A stretch of 64,000 nucleotides of DNA from Octopus sinensis (taxonomy: Eukaryota): NCBI RefSeq assembly GCF_006345805.1, contig NC_043000.1, positions 120,714,001 to 120,778,000 on the forward strand, read 5' to 3'. Under the pieces are notes generated by a model. The model made no database searches. It was not told where the DNA came from and worked only from the letters and a program-made list of their open reading frames with translations. The position numbers and the translations under genes were made by a program. Below are positions 56,898 to 64,000 of the stretch, piece by piece (position 1 is the stretch's first letter; each line of letters starts with the position of its first letter).

Positions 56898-57075
56898 TGT
56901 ACATTATTTAGATTATTTACGTTTGACGGATATTTGTTCTCATCTTGTTTTTTGTTGACACAGCGTTTCGGCTGATATACGCTCCAGCTTCCATCAGGTG
57001 CCTTGGGGAAATTTAAAAACTGGTTTCTCATTCCTAAAGTATTTTTCGTTGTTGTTGTTGTTATTATTATTATGG
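56898..57075 (-). mobile_element. Tail portion of the tRNA-(TAA)n-HHR element, HHR decayed
   Basis: Reverse complement matches 57455-57603: CAC-CTGATGG-AAGCTG..CAGCC-GAAAC-GC-T-GTG. Confidence 0.75.
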
Positions 57076-57258
57076 TTACTTTCTGCAATATAGCATACCG
57101 TGCAAGTATAGTGAGAACGGGTAAAAAGTATTGGTAAAGGGAAAACGAAACTAGGAGGTCTCAGAAACGAAGGGGTAGATCGATAGGTTAAAGGGTCAGC
57201 GAAACTGGGAGTAAATTGGATTGGACCTAGGTTGGGGGCTTTTATAGAGGTTGTTTAA

Positions 57259-57401
57259 TACATTATTTACATAATTTACGTTTAACGGATATGCCCAGAT
57301 GCATATGGCGTAGTGGTTAAGAGAGCGGGCTACTAACTGCAAGATTTCAAGTTCGATTCCAGGCAGTGACCTGAATAATAATGATAATAATAATAATAAT
57401 A

Positions 57402-57440
<39 letters not shown>

Positions 57441-57603
57441 TAATAATAATAATAACAACATCGAAAAATATCTTAGGAATGAGAACCCAGGTTCGAAATT
57501 TCCCTAAGACACCTGATGAAGGCTGGAGGGTATATCAGCCGAAACCTATTGTTAACAACAAACAAGATGAGGACAAATATTCATCAAATGTAAATAATGT
57601 ACA
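57259..57603 (+). mobile_element. tRNA-headed, (TAA)n-spaced, hammerhead-tailed short element with inverted 5' stub
   Basis: A box TGGCGTAGTGG (57306-57316), B box GTTCGATTCC (57351-57360), (TAA)n, then CTGATGA-A-GGCTG-10nt-CAGCC-GAAAC (57513-57545). 57259-57292 is the reverse complement of the element's 3' end. Confidence 0.75.
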
Positions 57604-58414
57604 GGACAAACAAGGACAGACATTGGCCGGAATCACAGAGGATACCCATCCCTACGTTGTACATACCTCTTCAAGTACCTGATTCTAACTGAATCCTCAT
57701 CTTACTACACACACATACACACATACATATATTTACATATATATATATACACTCACATACATGTGTGTGTTTATGTAATTATTGATGAGTATGTAGCTAT
57801 TATATAAGACGGAGAATTATCATTCTGCATAAAGATTTGCGATATTTATTCAGTTTGACTGTGCACTGAGTTGAAATCCTGTGGAGATCAACTCAACCTT
57901 TCAATCTTTTTCATTTATTTGCTGATCTGACGACATCATCACTTCGTGGTATCTGATCCGCTCTTTTGCGTTTTAAGTTCAAATATCGCCACCCACCCCG
58001 ACCGTTTCATGGCAGGAAACGAAAATCCGTTTTAACAAACACGAGGAAATCCCGTTCATATTTCATTTAGAAAATTATGAATGATGATGTTGATTTCTCA
58101 GTGCTATGCACACATCGGTGCAAATAGATTAAAATAAATTAACTGAACGAAGAAATGTACAAGGATCACGCTCTTTATATGCCCAGCTATATTAAAATTG
58201 CATAAAAATTGCATAAAACACATGAACGGTCAGAGTATTACAATGGGTTACCAAAAGTGCCACTGGTTGATCTATGAAGACAATAATTTCTGCTATAGGC
58301 ATGGTGGAGATATTCACTTTGTAACCACGTTGTTGCGGTTTCAATCCCCCTATGTGTCACCTTGGGCAAGTGTATTCTGCAATAGTCTCGCGTTGACCAA
58401 TGCGAGTAAACAAA

Positions 58415-58580
58415 TAGTTATTTCGTCCTCCTATACGTTCTGAGTTCGAAGTCCACAGAGGTCAACTTTGCCTTTGATACTAGCGGGATCGATAAAATAA
58501 GTACCAGTTGGACACTGGGGTCTAATGTAATCGACTTACCCCCTCTGCCAGAATTGCAGGCTCACTACCAAAATTTGAAA
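58415..58580 (+). mobile_element. SINE family A, diverged partial
   Basis: GTTCTGAGTTCGAAGTCC..GAGGTCAACTTTGCCTTT..GATCGATAAAATAAGTACCAG. Confidence 0.7.
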
Positions 58581-58739
58581 CAATATTACCCTCAGGTAAA
58601 TATTTTTGACAACGTGTTGAGAGTTCGATATAGCAAACCATTGCTTGTGAGATGGAGAGAAACGGGTACCGCTACCCGATTATATCAATCGTTGTGTTTT
58701 ATCTTTTCACAGAATGGACACCTGGAAATTAAATGATTT

Positions 58740-59400
58740 CATCGTATTGATTACTTTTTTCTTTTAGGTTACGTTTCTCATTTTCCTATCTCTGTTTTTC
58801 AGTTCACTAAACTTCAAGTTTGTTGTATTGTAGTTTATGACTGGGATAGCTAGAGTATTAACAACTATAATCTTATTTCTGGAATTTAATTTGGTTTTAA
58901 TATTAGTCTGACTTTTCTGTAATTCTCTTTGCTAAATTTTGGCTTTGTTTTATTTGTGCGTGTTGTTATCTTATCAGTTTCATCTACTAAGAAATTATAT
59001 GGATGATTTTGTTCACATTCTCTGAGATAGTTTTATCGCCTATTATAAATCTTCGTGATTTTCTCTGTAGCTGATCATACGTCTCTTTTGTTTAAACTTA
59101 TGTGTGGTGTTAGGTGTTACATAGTTCTGTAGTATGCAGGTAGTGCTTCTAGCTACTATTCAACGTAGTATCACGTCTTGTAGGTCACTTAGATAACTTA
59201 GATATATTTCGGTCAAAGACTGGCTCAGGCCATGTCTAACTTAATAACACTATCTTGTAATTTCATTATTGTTTGATTTCTTTGACAGAAATTAACTTTT
59301 GCAGCAGGTTTGTTCGCTAAAATATAACCCTTTGAGCATTCTTTATCTAGATGTTTTTGTCAGTATAAAATGAAATTGGTGGCATAGAGGGTGTATATAT
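58740..59400 (-). mobile_element. Highly decayed Dong/R4-type LINE RT C-terminal fragment
   Basis: The minus strand gives SKENYRKVRLIL(fs)KLNSRNKIIVVNTLAIPVINY..ELKNRDRKMR, matching the R4-group 'KEY.RR.R.ILK..LN..NKI.AIN..A.PV..Y..EL...DRK.R' pattern. Confidence 0.6.
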
Positions 59401-59427
59401 CTCTGGTTTGATTGATATTATCGTATA

Positions 59428-59590
59428 CTAGCTGACCACGTGTCGTCAATAATGACGGCTAATTGTATTATTTTATATATAAATAAGGTATATAATAATA
59501 TAAATATTAGATACACACATATAAGTTATATAATAATCACACATACAAACATTCGTATACTTCACTTATACACGAACACATATATACTCA
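59428..59590 (-). mobile_element. Helitron-like 3' end
   Basis: Minus-strand hairpin CGTCA-ttat-TGACG lies ~12 nt before the terminal CTAG|T. The 5' extent is uncertain. Confidence 0.5.
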
Positions 59591-59796
59591 CACAAAGTCT
59601 ACTTCCTGGTCACATGGTTCTGGGTTCAGTACCACAACGTGGCCCGTTGGGCAAGTGTCTTCTACTATAGACAGGGTCGCCCAAAGCCTTGTGAGTGGAT
59701 TTGGTAGATGAAAACTGAAAGGACTCCGTAGTATAATATATATATATATGAGAAAAATAAGACAAGGTAGAAAATGCTAAAATAATTTTATCATTT

Positions 59797-59830
59797 GGTA
59801 CCGGTTTCAGTTTTTGTGACTTTTTCAACT
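59797..59830 (-). ncRNA. Decayed hammerhead-like motif (U3-A8)
   Basis: TTGAAAA-AGT cacaaaa ACT-GAA-ACCGGT-A; stem I is poor. Confidence 0.4.
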
Positions 59831-60280
59831 TAGAGTAAAGCATGAAAAACAATTAAATTGTGGTAAAATTAAATGAAACGTTTTTTAAAAATATTTCCAT
59901 TGTTTTCAAAAGCAAGGGAAAATTTCCTTTTTCCTGTCTGTCCCTCTCCCTCTCTCTTTTTTTACTCTTGTGATGGTTTGGTAGCAGGTAGCTGGTAGTA
60001 GCAGTTCTAATATTTGATATGAATTCATGGTTGTGATTGTTTAAGCAGCAGTAGTAGCTGAGAAAGGAGGACGCGTAGAAGAAGAAGAAGAAGAAGAGGG
60101 AGTAGGAAAAGAGGAAAAAGAATAAGAAAAATGCGGGAGTGGTATGAAACTAGTAGGATGTTGTTGGAATCCACTTAAATGGTCAAGTGTCCTAAAATGA
60201 CCTGCTGTGCTTGGAATTGTTGTGATTGGAATTGTTCTAAATAATCTCGTAGGTAGTGATTGTTATGTACACACACACAC

Positions 60281-60328
<48 letters not shown>

Positions 60329-60408
60329 TCCATAGTAAGCACGAAAATGCGAAACAAGGTGGAAAATAGTACTCGAATTCCAGAGGTAGAATAAAATATC
60401 ACAAAAAG

Positions 60409-60445
60409 TGTTGCTCAGACTTTCACGTTCCCGATCGTCAGACAG
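60409..60445 (-). ncRNA. Decayed hammerhead-like motif
   Basis: TGT-CTGACGA-TCG ggaa CGT-GAAA-GTCTGAGC-A-ACA, with mismatches in stems II and III. Confidence 0.35.
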
Positions 60446-60684
60446 TTTTGCTTAGAATAGCAGCGCAACATAACGTTATATGCAGAAATACAATTATTTT
60501 GATAGATAACCATATGAAAATGGTTTTGCTTCATTGGTCCTTTCAACTTGCCTTTCAAGTGCTGTGGTTTTACTGAGATCTCTCTTTTAGTAGAAAGAAT
60601 AGCTATAACTCTTTGACTGCTATTTCTAAATTCGGTGTGTGGTGAGGCAAATCGTTGCTAAACCCTTAATTACTTAGTATATAT

Positions 60685-60740
<56 letters not shown>

Positions 60741-61015
60741 AATAGAAATATTATTAATTCTAAATCTCTCTGAAGGTGACTACGGCAGTAGCACTGGGTA
60801 TTAATAGTTATTGCGAAGCTAACATGGCAGTCCATGCTCTGTGTCTATTGAGATACACACATCTGTGTCCATTACAGCCTTCGATTAGGGGAGGTCATCA
60901 GCTTCCCCATGCTGGTCCAAGTAAACAGACTAGTTTCGGTGTATTTGCCCCTTTTCAAAGAACGTAACACCTGCGATAGTCGAGGGATTGCTGTATATAT
61001 TTACACACATACACA

Positions 61016-61078
<63 letters not shown>

Positions 61079-61091
61079 ATATATACTTATA

Positions 61092-61144
<53 letters not shown>

Positions 61145-61418
61145 GTATATATTGGCAGGGCTGGCCTGCTAGGTAGCCGGCCACCTCAGATTTTTTGAAT
61201 GCTGGACTACTGGTTTTAAATTGATATTAAAATTAATTAATATTAATTTATCTCCCTCAATTTTTAAATATTATATATATATATATATATATATGTATGC
61301 ATGTATGCATACGTACATTCATACACACACACACACATATTGTGTGTATAGTTCCGCTCAATATAATAAAGAAATGATTATATCCGTTTTAATAACTACA
61401 ACAATTAGGGGAACCTCG

Positions 61419-61449
<31 letters not shown>

Positions 61450-62493
61450 TATACATATACATATACATATACGTGTCCATAATTTTATGTCTTACAGTCA
61501 TTTTCATTAAACACATCATAATTTCTCCCTTCTCTACTCTTTTCAATAAATTATGAGCGTATACCAACATCTTGCCTATTCCTCCTTCTCTATATCTTCC
61601 CAACACACCATCGATTTACTTCGCATTCACCAACCACACATTCAATTCCTTCTCCTTGAAACGTTTGAAATCTCTTCTTAGGCGTCATAAATTCCTCCTG
61701 TATTGTTAATGTTATAATAAATATGCAAGCATTGCAGCGAATTTTCTTATCCGTTTTTAATATTCATCACAATTCCGCTGTATTTGCGTATATGTTGTGT
61801 AGATATATCATATAAATATTAGCTATTCATAATCTTCCCTATTCTGTAAGACACTTGCACTCAATCATTGATTTGTGTAATTAAATACGAATAGTAATTA
61901 TTAGCAGAGAGTAATATATTCGCTAATTACAACACATTTTCGGAGCCAAAGAAGACAGATTTATATTATATTATGGACACATCTCCTTCCGAATTTGCGT
62001 TTGGTTAAATATTGATTGTGAAATATTAATAAAACCCTATGTATGTCGCAAAATTATTTTTCGATAATTCAGATTCGAGAATTTTAGGGAGATAAATTCC
62101 TATTCTCCGTAACATAGCAGTTCGGCAAAAGATATCGCTAGAATAAGTTCTGGGCTCCATTTGTTCGACTAAAAGTCCTCCAAGATGGTGCCGCACTCAA
62201 AAGACTTTAAGCAAGTAAAGGATAAAAAAATAAAATATGTATGTTTTGCTGAAGATTTAAAAAAAAAATAATGGCTGTGTGGTAAGTAGCTTGCTTACCA
62301 ACTGTATGGTTCTGGGTTCAGAGAGTAATGGACTGAACAAGAATGGTGTTTAGTTACTGGTTTTGTTAAAGATATCAGCCAAATGTGTTTTACATAAGTT
62401 TTTAATTATTATTTTGAGCTCTAGACCTCTCTGAACGGGACACCGGTCCACTGCAGGGTTGAACAACAGGAATTTTGAGCGTAGGGGATAAGT

Positions 62494-62638
62494 ACATTAT
62501 TTACATTATTTACATTTGACGTATATTTGCGCTCATCTTGTTTGTTGTTAACACAACGTTTCGGCTGGTATATCCTCTAGCCTTCTTCAGGTGTCTTGGG
62601 GAAATTTCGAAATTCCATTCCAAAGGTATTTTTCTATC

Positions 62639-62705
<67 letters not shown>

Positions 62706-62799
62706 CATTATTATTATTATTATAGCGTAGGGGTTAAGAGCGAGGGCAACTAACCTCAAGATCCGAGTGTCATTCAAGGCAGTGACCTGAATAATATTC

Positions 62800-62842
<43 letters not shown>
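62494..62842. mobile_element. Second locus of the tRNA-(TAA)n-HHR element: inverted tail (62494-62720, -) plus forward tRNA head and (TAA)n (62722-62842, +)
   Basis: Minus-strand HHR at 62551-62595: ACAC-CTGAAGA-A-GGCT..AGCC-GAA-ACGT-T-GTGT. The head TAGCGTAGGGGTTAAGAGCG..AGGCAGTGACCTGAATAAT matches 57306-57380. Confidence 0.75.
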
Positions 62843-62844
<2 letters not shown>

Positions 62845-64000
62845 TGTCTCAAAACATGAAAACAAGAAAGCATCATACTCAGTCACAAAACAGGCAAAGG
62901 AATATCTAAGTGAATTCCGAATACAACCAATTTCGGAATTAGAGATAGACATACAAGAAACAAGCACAGAAAAAGCTAGGCGCATGAAAACCCGTACCAA
63001 AACTGCGGCCTTAGATATTCTGAATAATAAATGGCAAGAAAAACCTCTCTATGGCAAATACCCAAAGAGAGCGAATAATGCAGATATCGACAAAGCCCTG
63101 ACCCTTCAATGGTTAATGGCCTCTGGCTTAAAATCTGAAACAGAGGGGTTTATCATAGCAGCTCAAGATCAATGCCTACCAACAAGAAACTACCAGGCCA
63201 ACATATTAAAGACGGCAGTAGCCCAACATGTCGTGTATGCCGACAACAAAATGAAACCATTGATCATATTGTCTCCAAATGCAGTCTTCTAGCGCCTACA
63301 GAGTACCTCAATAGGCATGATATAGCTGCACAATATATTCACTGGGTAATTTGCAAAAACCTGGATTTGCCCCATGAAAAAAACTGCTGGGAACACAATC
63401 CACCTCCAGTGCTTGAAAATGGCCACATCTCACTCCTCTGGAACTTCACCATTCAAACTGACAGGAAGATAGATGCAAATAGGCCAGACATCATATTGAA
63501 AGACTTCAGACAAAGAACATGCCTCCTCATTGATATGACTGTCCCAATCGATATAAACGTATCTGTCAAGACCTACCAAAAACTGAGCAAATATAAAGAT
63601 CTTGAAATAGAAATCAGCAAAATGTGGAAGCTGAAGACTAAAACAATACCTGTTGTCATAGGTGCCCTGGGAATGATAGCGAAAGGGACTGATTGCTACC
63701 TAACTCAGATACCAGGAAACCCCAAAATGGCAGAAATTCAAAAGATAGTGCTCATGGGAACTGCTCATATCCTACGCAAAATACTCTCTATGTAATCCCA
63801 AGGTTTAAAACAAACTTTTTTTAATTTTTTATTTTATTATTATTTAAATTTTTTAAAATTTAATATTATTTTTATGTATTAGACATTCACTAGTACAACA
63901 CCAAAAAAAAAACCCCCAAATATATGGCACAGAACTTCCAACCTGCTGTCTCTTGAGGTCTCTGGGTGAGACTTGGAGCCAACTTGTACAGACATAAAGC
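62843..64000 (+). mobile_element. 5'-truncated Dong/R4-clade non-LTR retrotransposon (CCHC knuckle plus restriction-like endonuclease), one frameshift near 63208
   Basis: WQEKPLYGKY, GLKSETEGFIIAAQDQ, CRVC..ETIDHIVSKC, RHD, NRPDI, LIDMTVP, KLSKYKDL, PVVIGALG; stop at 63795. The 5' junction is in a (TAA)n tract. Confidence 0.92.

Noticed and set aside
57299-57373. Functional tRNA gene
   Set aside because: A/B boxes are good but the acceptor stem does not close and there is no T-run terminator. It recurs as the head of a repeat.
63172-63795. Stand-alone host nuclease gene
   Set aside because: It is the frameshifted C-terminal part of a 5'-truncated Dong/R4 ORF that begins at 62843.

Overview
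AT-rich eukaryotic non-coding DNA with no recognisable host protein-coding exon. The mix of SINE families, microsatellites and retroelements looks like an octopus (coleoid cephalopod) genome, which is my inference. Nearly all tracked ORFs are read-throughs of (TA)n/(CA)n/(TAA)n/(TATC)n tracts or SINEs. The real coding remnants are CR1-type LINE fragments, Dong/R4-type LINE fragments (CCHC plus restriction-like endonuclease), one Penelope-like (PLE) RT fragment and two internally deleted mariners. There are also three tRNA-derived SINE families, non-autonomous Helitrons, MITEs, many foldbacks and two ~1.2-1.5 kb tandem duplications that may be assembly artefacts. The most notable signal is a hand count of about 20 minimal type I hammerhead-ribozyme (HHR)-like motifs in PLE-type remnants. 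These include a family with a fixed A6U core change and several families with a compensatory U3-A8 core. One element joins a tRNA/Pol III head, a (TAA)n spacer and an HHR tail, and has PLE-style inverted 5' ends. All folds were read by eye and activity is untested.
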